From a virus (Duplodnaviria > Caudoviricetes), in IMG/VR virus record IMGVR_UViG_3300020426_000014, positions 1-38,070 of that record: DNA of 38,070 bases; one strand, given 5' to 3'. This document shows, one piece after another, positions 1 to 9,800 of the stretch; position 1 is the first letter of the stretch, and every line of letters begins with the position of its first letter. The position numbers were made by a program, and so were the translations under genes. The notes below the pieces were generated by a model that was not told where the DNA came from, did no database searches, and was given only the letters and a program-made list of their open reading frames with translations.

Positions 1-137
1 CTCGCTGCTTCCGGCAGCGCCGGGATCGCGGGAGGCGAGGGACAGGGTAAGGTTGCGGATTTGTGCGCGCAGCCGCTCGCCAGCAGCGCCGGCGGCAACA
101 GCATCATCGCGCGCTGCATCACGTTCACGGATCGCAT
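1..137 (-). CDS. Rz1: Rz1-like outer-membrane lipoprotein spanin embedded in the +1 frame of Rz (truncated)
   Basis: AAGGAG RBS (148-153), ATG at 137, MRSVNVMQRAMMLLPPALLASG-C lipobox followed by Pro-rich AHKSATLPCPSPPAIPALPE. Confidence 0.8.
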   Translation of the reverse strand, partial: MRSVNVMQRAMMLLPPALLASGCAHKSATLPCPSPPAIPALPEAA

Positions 138-351
138 TTTCGGCTATCTCCTTTTGCGTCGTCAGGCGGCGCACGGTCTCAGCGTCGTTCGCCTTTTGCT
201 GGGCGGCGCGGGCCCGGGCTTCCTTGGCTTGGACAAGCTGCCATCGCCCGCGCTCGGTGGAGACGCCGCGCGAGTAGGCGGCCCATAGCGCGACGGCGAT
301 CAGGGCGAGGGCGGCGGCCCACAGGTAGGGGCGCAGGGTGGCGGCGATCAT
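1..351 (-). CDS. Rz: Rz-like inner-membrane spanin (3' end truncated by window)
   Basis: Not in ORF track. ATG at 351 overlaps the holin stop (ATGA). Translates MIAATLRPYLWAAALALIAVALWAAYSRG..., an N-terminal TM followed by an Ala/Arg/Glu-rich coiled coil, open to the window edge. Confidence 0.85.
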   Translation of the reverse strand, partial: MIAATLRPYLWAAALALIAVALWAAYSRGVSTERGRWQLVQAKEARARAAQQKANDAETVRRLTTQKEIAENAIRERDAARDDAVAAGAAGERLRAQIRNLTLSLASRDPGAAGSSE

Positions 352-659
352 GGCCGATCCTCCACAGGGATGGGCTTGTCGCTGGGCTGGTCGATTTCGA
401 CCTTGCGCGTTCCCTGCGCGGTCGCCTTGATCGCATCGAACGCCTTGCCGGTGTTGCTGGTCTTGTCCTCGTCGCCCTTGCTGGTGATGTAGTGGAAGGA
501 GACCACGGCAGAGACGAAGCCGGAAAGCTGGCCGAGCATATAGACGATGATCTGCTCGTTGGTCGGCGGGATCACCTTGAAGAACAGCGTTCCCAACGCG
601 GAGCAGAAGGTGAAGATCAGGGCAATGCCGATCCAGTCGCGGAGAGCGAGGCGTTTCAT
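348..659 (-). CDS. Putative holin (2 TM segments, charged C-tail)
   Basis: Two hydrophobic helices; lies between endolysin and spanin with ATGA coupling at both ends. Confidence 0.7.
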   Translation of the reverse strand: MKRLALRDWIGIALIFTFCSALGTLFFKVIPPTNEQIIVYMLGQLSGFVSAVVSFHYITSKGDEDKTSNTGKAFDAIKATAQGTRKVEIDQPSDKPIPVEDRP

Positions 660-1207
660 GCCGCCACGTTCCCGATCCGGTTGAGCAGCCAGCCGTTGAG
701 AAAGTCCTCGAACTTGCTGTTGCCCTTGGCCAGGCTCATGTAATGCGCGCCTTGCAGCGCATCGAGCGCGCGGAGCATAATGGCGGTTGCCGACTTCCCG
801 CGGGCCTTGCGGAAGGCATCGAACGCAGCCAGCGTCTTGCCGCCCACGTCGCCATCCTCGTTGATGTCAGGATAATCGGCCTGCCGGCGATTGAGGCTGT
901 TCAGGGCGGTCTGAAACCACTTCGCCGCCCGATCGGTGCCGGCATTGACGCCGCTGTCGATCAGTTCTTCCGCTACCTTGGGATCGCGGGCGAACACGTC
1001 ATCGAAATTCGGTGCGACCACATAGCGGGTGTGGTAGATCGAATAGGCCGTGGAGCGCGGCAGATTGCGCATGTCGCCCTTGTAGCCCGCCGATCGTGCG
1101 ACCGCTTCGGTGATGCCCATGTTGGTCGCGCCGCCGGGGTCGGAGGGGTGGTTGACGTATCCCCCTTCGACCTCGATCACGCCGTTGATGATGGCTTCGA
1201 TGCTCAT
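656..1207 (-). CDS. Endolysin, glycosyl hydrolase family 108 with C-terminal peptidoglycan-binding domain
   Basis: EGGYVNHPSDPGGATNMGIT catalytic motif; C-terminal DGDVGGKT...FLNGWLLNRI. Confidence 0.95.
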   Translation of the reverse strand: MSIEAIINGVIEVEGGYVNHPSDPGGATNMGITEAVARSAGYKGDMRNLPRSTAYSIYHTRYVVAPNFDDVFARDPKVAEELIDSGVNAGTDRAAKWFQTALNSLNRRQADYPDINEDGDVGGKTLAAFDAFRKARGKSATAIMLRALDALQGAHYMSLAKGNSKFEDFLNGWLLNRIGNVAA

Positions 1208-1593
1208 GTCCCGCTGCCCTCCAAGCTATGGTATCGCTCCAGCCGCGAAATGCGGCGGTCGTAATCGGCGAATCGACTGTCCTGCGCTTCGGTCGCCGCC
1301 TTCTGCCGCTCATCGATCCGCGCCAGCGTCTGCTGCATGTCCGTGACGGAGCTGGCGACCCAGAACATCGCACCTGTGATGATGACGGCGGCGCAGCTGG
1401 CAGCTATCCCGGCAAGCCATTTCATTGTCGGGTTCGCCACCTTTTCACCTTCATCGGGGATTGCGCCGTTGAGGCGTGCGACTGCTCGTTCGAGCTGGGA
1501 GAGCTGCGGCGCAACCTCTCCCAAGGCCATCGCCGCCGCCTGCTGCGCCATGATCTTGACCTGTTCGGCCGTCGCTGGATCGCTCAGGGGCAT
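1204..1593 (-). CDS. Single-TM lysis-cassette membrane protein (holin/antiholin-like)
   Basis: Central TM (WLAGIAASCAAVIITGAMFWV) flanked by coiled coils; stop overlaps the endolysin start. Confidence 0.6.
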   Translation of the reverse strand: MPLSDPATAEQVKIMAQQAAAMALGEVAPQLSQLERAVARLNGAIPDEGEKVANPTMKWLAGIAASCAAVIITGAMFWVASSVTDMQQTLARIDERQKAATEAQDSRFADYDRRISRLERYHSLEGSGT

Positions 1594-1630
1594 GACGGCA
1601 CCCGGTGCGGCATGAGGGAGGCGGCGAGGG

Positions 1631-1759
1631 TCACGTTCGCATGCCCCGGCGTTCCAGCCACAGCGCGAACAGCGGGTCGCGCAAATGCTCCTGCCATTGC
1701 CGCTCGCTCATCTGACCGGCGCGATAGCAGGCCAGGATGTGACGATAATCGCTGCTCAT
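1631..1759 (-). CDS. Small hypothetical protein (42 aa, MSSDYRHILACYRAGQMSERQWQEH...)
   Basis: ATG at 1759 overlaps the RBP2 stop; internal start of the 1631..1819 ORF. Confidence 0.6.
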   Translation of the reverse strand: MSSDYRHILACYRAGQMSERQWQEHLRDPLFALWLERRGMRT

Positions 1760-4143
1760 ACGGACCTCGCGGCAAGGGCGGGGGCGGTTGTTGCCGCCAC
1801 AGCGCTGGTGGAAGGGCAATTCACGGGAAGCGCACCATAGGCCAGCGCCGCCGTCAGATAGGCGTCAGGCGTGCCGGTATTGAAGCCGCCCCGCCCGTAG
1901 CAATCGTTGAGCAATTGGGCGGATGCAGCAGTCGCGCGCAGCGTCGGCGTGCCGCTGAATATCATCGCCAGGAACAGCTTGCCTTGCGAGCGGCGCGCAG
2001 CGGCCAGCGCCATGTCTTTGATACCCGTGGCGCTGGTATCGGTCAGTTCGGCGCAAGACGCTATCAGGCGATAGGGGCGGCCCTTGGCGTCGCTGGAATA
2101 GATGCCCGCCCTGCACGCGCCCGCCGCGCCGGTTGTGATGTCGATGGCCAGCGCATTCATGTCCAGCGTCTTGTCGAATGCGAACAGGTAGAGCGTGTCC
2201 GCCACCACCGCCACGGTGCCAGTGCTGGAACTGTGACCTTGCGCGAAAAAGTAGCGGTTCGCCGCGATATTCGTAGCGGGCGAGCGCGCATCGGCTGCGA
2301 AGGAAAAGCGCTCATCCCCCAGCGGCGCTTGCGTTCCATCGCTGATCTGCACGGTCGAGGGCGCGCCGCACCGGATCATGTCGAAGGATCGGACCGCGCC
2401 ATAACGCGCAGTGATGAACGATCCGGCTGCCGCGTCGATCAAACGCATATCGGCTCGCGCAGCGGTTGGGTTGTCGCGGGTTCCGGTATCGCCATAAAGG
2501 CGCACCGGGCGTCCCGGCATCCGCATCTCGATGTCATAGCCCGCCCCGGTGCTGGTCTGGTTGCGGACATAGTCGACGCGGACAGCCGGAAGGCCGACGA
2601 TAGCCGGATCAAGTGCGCCCGCCTGCACCAGTGCGGGCACATTGACGAATTTGGGCGAAAGGCGCGCCACGCCTTCGATCTTGAGCGGCTGCGGGAAGCC
2701 TGCGGCCACCTGGCCAAAGCCCAAGGTCAGCAGCCTAATATGGAAATTCGTGGCGCCGATCACTTCAATGGTGACGTCGGACAGGTCGACCAGCGACGGC
2801 AGACTTACGGGGCGTCCGGCATCATAATTGCTGTTAGGTCCGGACAGGCGCAGGATATACACATCGGACGTGACCGCACCGATCTGGTTATCCGTATTGT
2901 CGATGACGAAATGCGCGCGGCCCATGTCGAGCGGCCCGGCCAGCTCGAACAGGTCCGAACGGATTTTCAGGCCTTGATAACAGCCTGCATCCAGACGGAA
3001 TTTCGCCTCGCCAATCAGCAGGCCTGAGCCCGCCAGATGCAGGTTGTAGGGGTTATTCTGATTGGTGCAGCCAATATCCGCGCCGCCGTCGATCGTCCAG
3101 GTATGATACCAATGCGCGCCGACCCCATCGGGATAGGTGCCGCCGATAATGCGAATATTGCAGCTTTTGTGCGCGTCGATACCCCGCCGGCACCCGCTTT
3201 CCTTGGCGTTCAGGTATGTCAGGTCCGTGGCGATATTGCTGTTATAGCCATAGTTGGTGGCATTGACCTTCAGGCCGCGCGTGTCGGTATTGTCGAACGT
3301 GACCATCTCACATTTTTCAGCGACAAAACCTTGCAGGATTTCCAGGTCGGTCTCGTTGATGATCGCACAATTTTCGAACGCGCTGTTCGACCGCGATGTG
3401 TGCAGCACAAGCGCGCGACCGGTCGTCCCGCTGGACGATGCGATCCGGATCGCGCCGCCACGGATGCGCACAGGCGCACGCATCCGCTGGCGCGTGATAT
3501 TAGTTCCGGCTGCGAACGGCCGCGTGAACGCGACGTGGATCGGCTCGCTCAGCTGCCCGTCATCGGAAATTACGGTGAACGTCTGCCCCTGCCGGATATT
3601 GCCGCCGCCAGTGCGCAAAATGTCGGCAAGCGGGCTGTCGATCGTATAGGTCCAGCCGCGCTGCCCGGCCAATTCAGGGACAAAGGCCGACCCTTGGTTC
3701 AGCGTCCACGTCTCTGCCGTTGCGAGCGGGACCGCCTCCACATCCCCCGGCATGGGCGCGATCGAGAAGACAGGGCCGGTCTGCCCCGCATTCGTCGTGA
3801 TGACCTGCGCGCCGCTATAGTCGAAATCGGTGTAGGTATAGACGGTGCCCAAAATGGTATAGGTGACGCCGTTCCGCAGCTTCCATGGGCAATTCAGATC
3901 GCGCGCTCGATCCGCCACCGCTTGCAGGAAAGCGGTGGCGTCCGTCCCCTCGACATAGGTGTGGGGCACGGTGATGACGATCGCGTCGCCATCGTCCTGG
4001 TTCAGCTGGAGCTTGCCGCCCGGAGACGCGCCATTGCCGAGGCGAAGGCGGTCCAGACCCTGGTCATAGACCGATTCGCTCGGCATGAGCGCATATGCCT
4101 CGACCGAAGCGGTGAGGGCGCGTGGCAGTATGCGGCGAGCCAT
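1756..4143 (-). CDS. Receptor-binding protein 2 / tailspike (Mtd-N-like N-terminus, beta-helix depolymerase-like core, C-terminal beta-sandwich)
   Basis: 795 aa; DATAFLQAVAD pectate-lyase-type start motif, beta-helix repeats (CRRGIDAHKSCNIRI); position after the tail adaptor. Confidence 0.8.
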   Translation of the reverse strand: MARRILPRALTASVEAYALMPSESVYDQGLDRLRLGNGASPGGKLQLNQDDGDAIVITVPHTYVEGTDATAFLQAVADRARDLNCPWKLRNGVTYTILGTVYTYTDFDYSGAQVITTNAGQTGPVFSIAPMPGDVEAVPLATAETWTLNQGSAFVPELAGQRGWTYTIDSPLADILRTGGGNIRQGQTFTVISDDGQLSEPIHVAFTRPFAAGTNITRQRMRAPVRIRGGAIRIASSSGTTGRALVLHTSRSNSAFENCAIINETDLEILQGFVAEKCEMVTFDNTDTRGLKVNATNYGYNSNIATDLTYLNAKESGCRRGIDAHKSCNIRIIGGTYPDGVGAHWYHTWTIDGGADIGCTNQNNPYNLHLAGSGLLIGEAKFRLDAGCYQGLKIRSDLFELAGPLDMGRAHFVIDNTDNQIGAVTSDVYILRLSGPNSNYDAGRPVSLPSLVDLSDVTIEVIGATNFHIRLLTLGFGQVAAGFPQPLKIEGVARLSPKFVNVPALVQAGALDPAIVGLPAVRVDYVRNQTSTGAGYDIEMRMPGRPVRLYGDTGTRDNPTAARADMRLIDAAAGSFITARYGAVRSFDMIRCGAPSTVQISDGTQAPLGDERFSFAADARSPATNIAANRYFFAQGHSSSTGTVAVVADTLYLFAFDKTLDMNALAIDITTGAAGACRAGIYSSDAKGRPYRLIASCAELTDTSATGIKDMALAAARRSQGKLFLAMIFSGTPTLRATAASAQLLNDCYGRGGFNTGTPDAYLTAALAYGALPVNCPSTSAVAATTAPALAARSV

Positions 4144-5894
4144 TAGCCAGCCTTCCTTGCATAGTTGAAGGTCAGGTTGATCGTGTGGCCGGAAACGCCG
4201 ACATTGCCGCCGCCAGGCTTGTGAACCCGCACGGATGCGGGCGACGAACCCGCCGAAACAGTGACCGCCGAAAGGACAGTGTTATCGGTCAGGTCCAGCG
4301 CCGTTGCGCCAAAGGATATGTCGAGCGCAGTGGGCAGGCCGATGTCGATATAACCGGTCGCGCTGCCCGCGTCGGTGACCAGCACATTGACCGTGCCCGA
4401 CACATGATAGCCGTCCTCGATATATTCCGCGTCGATCAGCGATGCGTTCGGGAAGCTGCCCGATTGCGGCACCACGCCGGGGGCATAGGCCTTGCGGATG
4501 CCGATGAACCGGCCCGCGCCTCCCGCCAGCGGTCCCGGCCCCGGCAGCGTGTTGTTGATCTGGCCGTTGAGAACGAAGGTGGCTCCGCCACTGGCGTAGA
4601 CGCCGGGTTCCGTGTTGGTGTCCGGCTGCGAGCTGTTGCCATATTCCTGGAGCCAGAAGCCGCCGCCAATCTCGCACCGCTGCCCCGATGTCAGCAGCCG
4701 CACAGCCGATCCCGACGCCCCGCTCATTTCCACGCCGTTCATGAAGAGGAAATTGTTGCCGGCTCCTTCCATCAGGACGTTGACGCGATCGGACAGCCCC
4801 GGCGTGTTCGCCAGCGCCGTGGGGATCGCGCCTTGCAGGGACACATTGCTGATATAGGCCCAGCAATTGACCGCCGTTTCATCGAACCAGATGTTGTTGC
4901 CGCCATAATCGGCATCGAAATTGACGATCTTGGCCTTGCCCATCCCGCCATATTCGTTCGACCCGATGCGCAGCGCGCTGCGCGCCGCGATCGAGAAATA
5001 ATTGCTGATGAGCGGGGTGTCGCAGCGCTTGAGATAGAGATGATCGCAATTGCGCAGCGTCCAGCGGTGGACCTCCGGATGATCCTTCCAGAACGGCCAG
5101 AAATGCGTGTTCGACATGCGCATGACATCGGCGGACAGTTCGACATTGACGCCGACGCGCAGGGGCTGGCCGGACAGGTTGTCGGTCCACAGCCGCCCGA
5201 TCCCGCCGCCGCCGCGCATATTGATGCCCCGAGCGGCGTTGAGGATGCACACATTCTGGAGTTGCAGCCCCGACGCGTTCCAGACATCGTAGTCATAATC
5301 CTGATCGCCGGGCACGAACGATCCGATGACGCTGGTCGGCTCGGGCTGGAGGCGCGATGTCATGCAGTCCTTGAACTGCACCCAGTCGAACATCACCCCC
5401 TGGCCATCGAGCGCGAAGCCTTTGCCGTCATGCGCGAACAGAAAGTTGGTCGCGGTGGCCGTCGCCTCGGTGCCATAGCCCGCCGCCTCGCGCCCCGTGC
5501 CGCAGCTTTCACCGACGATCGAGCAGCTGCCGTTGATCGTGATCGGGCTGTCCAGCACGATCGTGCCCACCGGCACATGCAACCGCGCCCGCTCGGAAAT
5601 CGCCTGGTTGATGGCTTTCTGAAGCAGGGTCGCATTGCTGTTGCTGCCGGTCAGGTCCAGCCCGGCATAGTCGCGCAGGTCGAACCGCTGGGCGGCCTTT
5701 TCATTGTTCGACAGGTTGGCGGCATCACTGCCCAGGCTCTTGCGTCGGCTGCGCCCAAGGTCCAGCGGCTCACCACCAGTGCCGAACAGCATTGTGGAGC
5801 GTGGAATATCAGCGGCAAATTCACCGGGCGAAAGCGCGACATTGCGCGCCGCGCCATCGGTAGAGCGAGGCATGGCACGCCGCATCAGCCCCAT
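4143..5894 (-). CDS. Receptor-binding protein 1 / tailspike (pectin-lyase-like beta-helix); true start may be ATG at 5885
   Basis: DLRDYAGLDLTGSNSNATLLQKAINQA...LHVPVGTIVLDSPITI is a typical Pectate_lyase_3-like signature; HFWPFW motif; TGATG coupling at 5885. Confidence 0.85.
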   Translation of the reverse strand: MGLMRRAMPRSTDGAARNVALSPGEFAADIPRSTMLFGTGGEPLDLGRSRRKSLGSDAANLSNNEKAAQRFDLRDYAGLDLTGSNSNATLLQKAINQAISERARLHVPVGTIVLDSPITINGSCSIVGESCGTGREAAGYGTEATATATNFLFAHDGKGFALDGQGVMFDWVQFKDCMTSRLQPEPTSVIGSFVPGDQDYDYDVWNASGLQLQNVCILNAARGINMRGGGGIGRLWTDNLSGQPLRVGVNVELSADVMRMSNTHFWPFWKDHPEVHRWTLRNCDHLYLKRCDTPLISNYFSIAARSALRIGSNEYGGMGKAKIVNFDADYGGNNIWFDETAVNCWAYISNVSLQGAIPTALANTPGLSDRVNVLMEGAGNNFLFMNGVEMSGASGSAVRLLTSGQRCEIGGGFWLQEYGNSSQPDTNTEPGVYASGGATFVLNGQINNTLPGPGPLAGGAGRFIGIRKAYAPGVVPQSGSFPNASLIDAEYIEDGYHVSGTVNVLVTDAGSATGYIDIGLPTALDISFGATALDLTDNTVLSAVTVSAGSSPASVRVHKPGGGNVGVSGHTINLTFNYARKAG

Positions 5895-6436
5895 TCCCCA
5901 TCATCGATGATCTCATCATCAGGGTTCCAGAGACCATCGTCAGTCAGTTCGCTGTTATTGATCCCCAGGGTGTCGATGGCCTCAAGGCCGCCATCGAATC
6001 CATAAAGAGCGATCTTGCCCGCGCGCGTCGCCAACGGAGGGATCGTGCCAGCAGCCTCCCCAAAGGGCACTGTAAACGCGCGATCAGACCGGCTTTTGAG
6101 ATACAGGTCGCGGACAGCAGCGCGGTCGTTTGCTTCATTGACCGTTTCGGGGCGATAAGCCTGGCTGCTGGAAAACGCGATGTTCTGCGTGAAGGACGGC
6201 GCGCTTTCAATGTAGAGGTCGCCGGAAACCGGAGGCGCGTAGAATGTCACTTTCCCGCCTACCGCAGCCAAGGACGCCGTGTAGGCGGCGGGATCGACGG
6301 TGATCTCGTTACCCGCGTCAAGAATGACCACGCGCAGCTCGTCGGCGGACGCGGCCTTGAAGGTGAAGGGAAATTCGACGGTTACCCCGTTCGCGAGGTA
6401 GGGGCCGGAATATGTGTCAGTTGTGGTGACAGCCAT
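5885..6436 (-). CDS. Tail-fibre adaptor (stand-alone T7 gp17 N-terminal-like domain) with acidic C-terminal tail
   Basis: YLANGVTVEFPFTFKA...LRVV and YRPETVNEANDRAAV motifs of podovirus fibre attachment domains; GGAGG RBS; only 183 aa. Confidence 0.85.
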   Translation of the reverse strand: MAVTTTDTYSGPYLANGVTVEFPFTFKAASADELRVVILDAGNEITVDPAAYTASLAAVGGKVTFYAPPVSGDLYIESAPSFTQNIAFSSSQAYRPETVNEANDRAAVRDLYLKSRSDRAFTVPFGEAAGTIPPLATRAGKIALYGFDGGLEAIDTLGINNSELTDDGLWNPDDEIIDDGEWG

Positions 6437-6440
6437 GCAC

Positions 6441-6469
6441 TTGCCTCCGGGAACGATGGCAAGTAATTA
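6441..6469 (+). promoter_or_regulatory. Sigma70-like promoter for the antisense moron, probably leaderless
   Basis: TTGCCT(6441-6446)-17 bp-TAATTA(6464-6469)-6 nt-ATG(6476). Confidence 0.55.
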
Positions 6470-6497
6470 GAGGGCATGATGAGGGGCTTGAATCGAC
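6464..6497 (-). promoter_or_regulatory. Putative late promoter (tail-fibre/lysis operon)
   Basis: GTCGATTCAA (6497-6488)-N18-TAATTA upstream of ATG 6436. Confidence 0.7.
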
Positions 6498-6838
6498 GGG
6501 CGATTGGGATTTTCGCGGCAATGTGGTTAGCCATGCCGGGGCTGTCGCTCGCTAAGGAAAAGGAACCTAAGGCCACAGAAGAGGAGTTGGCAGAGGCGCA
6601 ATCATCCTTGCAATCCTGCCTAACAGAGAACGCCCCCCTTTATGATGACGGAAATTCAGACGCCGCCACGATAGGCAAGGCGCTGGCTAGATCATGCAAC
6701 GGGAGCTTCATTGCCCTCGCAGACACTTATTCAAAAGGCATGAACGCGAGAACTAAATATTATACTCGCGAACGATTTTTGCAGGGCGCGCCAGATATTG
6801 CTGCAACAGCCGTTCTGAGGCTGAGGGTAGCCAATTAA
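6476..6838 (+). CDS. Antisense moron: secreted/periplasmic protein, possible superinfection exclusion
   Basis: Signal peptide (MMRGLNRRAIGIFAAMWLAMPGLSLA|KE), two Cys, visibly lower GC, opposite strand; stop overlaps the stop of the giant ejection gene. Confidence 0.75.
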   Translation: MMRGLNRRAIGIFAAMWLAMPGLSLAKEKEPKATEEELAEAQSSLQSCLTENAPLYDDGNSDAATIGKALARSCNGSFIALADTYSKGMNARTKYYTRERFLQGAPDIAATAVLRLRVAN

Positions 6839-9800
6839 TCCTCCTTGATCTTCCCCTTGGTGATACCCTCCCACCATTCGCCGAAATTTTCAGGGTGCTG
6901 ATCTCCCGAAAAAACATCGACAAGGAACTGGCTCGTCGCGGCAACCTGTCCAGATGTAGGTGCTCCGGCATAGCCTGCCACCTCCATGACGTTGCGCGTC
7001 GCCCGCGTTGTTTCATCTCCTTCCCATAGGTTTTTCGCGTCGGCGACTACCCGATTGGCCGAACCCAGAAAGCGATCTACCGACGACACATCGCTGGCAA
7101 AGCCTTTGGTCGCAAAGTTAGCGACATCGCGCACAACCGGAATGGGGCCGAGTGCATTTGCGCCGATCGCCGCGATTAGCCATTGCGTGAATCCCTCTTC
7201 ATCATCGTCATCGGGCAACCTGCCGGCAAGCCATTCACTTGCAATCACGGGAAGCACGTAGAGCATGACGGTGCGCGTCAAAAGGTCAGGAAAATCCTTG
7301 ACCGATCCCGTGCGAAACGCCGTTCCGTAATCGCGAGCCAGAGTCCGCTGACGCTGATAATAGGCGCTCATGAATGAGTAAAAGGGCATGATCATCTTGG
7401 CCGCCTCGCCGGCCGCACCCTTGCCGCGCATGATAGCCGCCAGATCTTTTGCTGCGCCAGACCCTTGTGATTTGCGCACTGTCTCATCGGCATAGGCGAT
7501 AGATTGCGCATCACCATCGCCACGAGCCTGCGCCTTGTTATAGGCACCGATCCACGAGACGACTGACACAAAACGATCGACTGCGCCGATCAACGCAAAT
7601 CCATTAGCCTTGAAAGCGGACACGCCTTTGCCCAGCCTGCTTTGCGCGTTGAGCATCTCGCGCATGTCGCGGTCCATCGTTTCCATACGGGCCGCCACTT
7701 CCTGGCTGTTCTCTAGAACAAAATCCCAACTCTCACGAGGGCGCATCGAAAAGCTGTAGACACCCTGAGCCACCCAACGCGCGCCTATAACTTCCGCAGT
7801 CTGAATAAAGCCGGTAATTTGCAGCATGATAGTAGAGGCGCGATAGGCGAGACCAACAAAGGTGGCATTGGTGCGGATCGCTTTCAATCCCTTTTCAATG
7901 GCTCCCATCCCCTGCGCGTCATAGGCATACTCGTTGGCGATATGCTGGAGCCAGGGATTGAACTGCTTTTGAACTTCCTCGCCAAGCGCATTGCGGACGG
8001 CCGAAACGATCCGTGCATCATTGAGGAAACGATGTGCATCCATGAGGGCTTCACGGTGCGTAATGTCGTGAACCACCTCATTGACGTGCCGGGACAGCAC
8101 CGATGGCGAAAGAAGAATAGGCCGATCTTCCACATCTGTTCGTTCATTGGTCGAACCAGCGCGGGTGTTCGCTCGCTTATAGGCTGATGAGAAAAGTTGA
8201 TCGACACTCAACGCCGTCTGCTTTTCCACTCGTAGATCGCGCGTGCCGTCATAAACGACCGGGTAATAGCCGCCGCGAAGCAACCCCGCGTTGGTTTGCA
8301 CCTCACGCGCTTCCACCTTATCAGGCTCAATGCCATTCACCCGCCGCTCTAGCGACGCAATATCCGCCCATAGAACGTCTATCGCATCCCACACTTTTTG
8401 AACGTAGCGCCATTCCTCGACCGTCAGCTCGCGATTGAGCATGTCGAGAATGCCCTGTTCATTCCAGCCATAGCCGCCCGCTAGCTTTTTCGCGTTGCCC
8501 TCGTTGCCCATGTTGAGCGCCATTGCGACAAGCTGATCCCGCGTCATGACCGCAGGGCGACCAGTGCGCGGATCAATGAACGACAGTGTGACTTTCTGGC
8601 CCCAGCGTTTACGTATCTCTTTCGGAACTTCCGCCTGCGCCTTGGAGAGTGCATCAACAATCTGGACCGTCAACTTGCGCCGCCGCTCCTGCGCGTCAAC
8701 TATGCGCTGGAATATAACGCGCTTGAAGATTCCAAATTTGCCGCCGTCCAGCCAGTCGAATACAGTTTCCATCTTGAGCAGCGCAGCATCGATCGCCAAG
8801 ACAAAGGACTTGGCGCGGCGGAAATAGCCAGGCTCAGCGAACGTCCGCGTTTCTTTTGGAGGCTTGATCCCGCCCGACTCGATCAGGCCCTCAATCTGCG
8901 CAACGCCGTCGCTGACGACTGCCTCAAAGTCGCGTTCTTCCTTGGCGTCCAGAAGCTTCTGCTTGAGCCGGCCAAGGTGCATGATCTGCGTAACTGCGGC
9001 GTCCAGCCCGACCAGCTGCTCAACCGTAAGCCGGCTCCAGTTTGTGGTGCCCAGCGACGCCGCGAAGGATGGCGGGACGATCATGTCGCGGCCGGCTTCC
9101 TCCTGTTCGCGCGCCCACGCCTCAAATCCCTCCTGCCGATCGATGAACCGCTGCGACCGCTGCTTGAGGTCCACCTGTTCCAGCAAGCCTTGCGCCCGCT
9201 CCAGATAATCCTGATCGACGCTCGCCATGGTGCGCTTGGATGCCACCTTGCTCATGCGCGATACGGCCGCTTCGATGTCGTCTGCCGCGCGCTTGGCTTC
9301 GGAGATCAGCGCGTTGTTCAGCATCTGCGCCTGCTTCTGCCGGAATGCCTCTGCGTTATCGCCGGCAATCACCGCATCCATCGCGGCCTTGCTCGCCTTC
9401 GACGCGGCGCGCTGGTAGCGCTGGATCGCGGATCGGGATGCGACATCGGCAACCCGGCCCTGCCTTACTGTCCGCGCCGCCCAATCCTTCGCAATGCGAT
9501 AAGGCGTAAGGCGCTGGCCTGTCGAGCGCGCCAGAACACGCATTTCGGCGGCGATGACTTCGCCCTGTTGATCGTTGTGGATGATCGCAAGCGCTTCCTC
9601 CTCAATCGAGCCATCGGTGAACGGGTCTCCATAGCGCTCCAACATGAGCGCATCGACTTCCTGGTCTATCAGTGCCTTGCGCACCGACCGCTGATCACCT
9701 CCCTCCCTCAATTGCCGGCGAGCCGTCTCCACACCCATGAGGGCGCGGACCATCGCTTCGCCGGATGTGAAGCCGGACAATTCGGCCGCATCATCTGGAT

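Noticed and set aside
1268-1277. GTCGATTCGC ~60 nt upstream of the endolysin as a seventh late promoter
   Set aside because: Only 8/10 match and no TA at +18; could be chance
1228-6005. Long plus-strand ORFs (599, 369, 627 aa), and similarly 8977-11406, 27380-29203, 31495-32880
   Set aside because: Antisense shadows of real GC-rich genes; Arg/Ala-rich with no motifs or RBS
1756-6436. Diversity-generating retroelement, expected from the BPP-1-like architecture
   Set aside because: No reverse transcriptase ORF and no TR/VR repeat pair seen; the RBPs look beta-helical rather than C-type lectin
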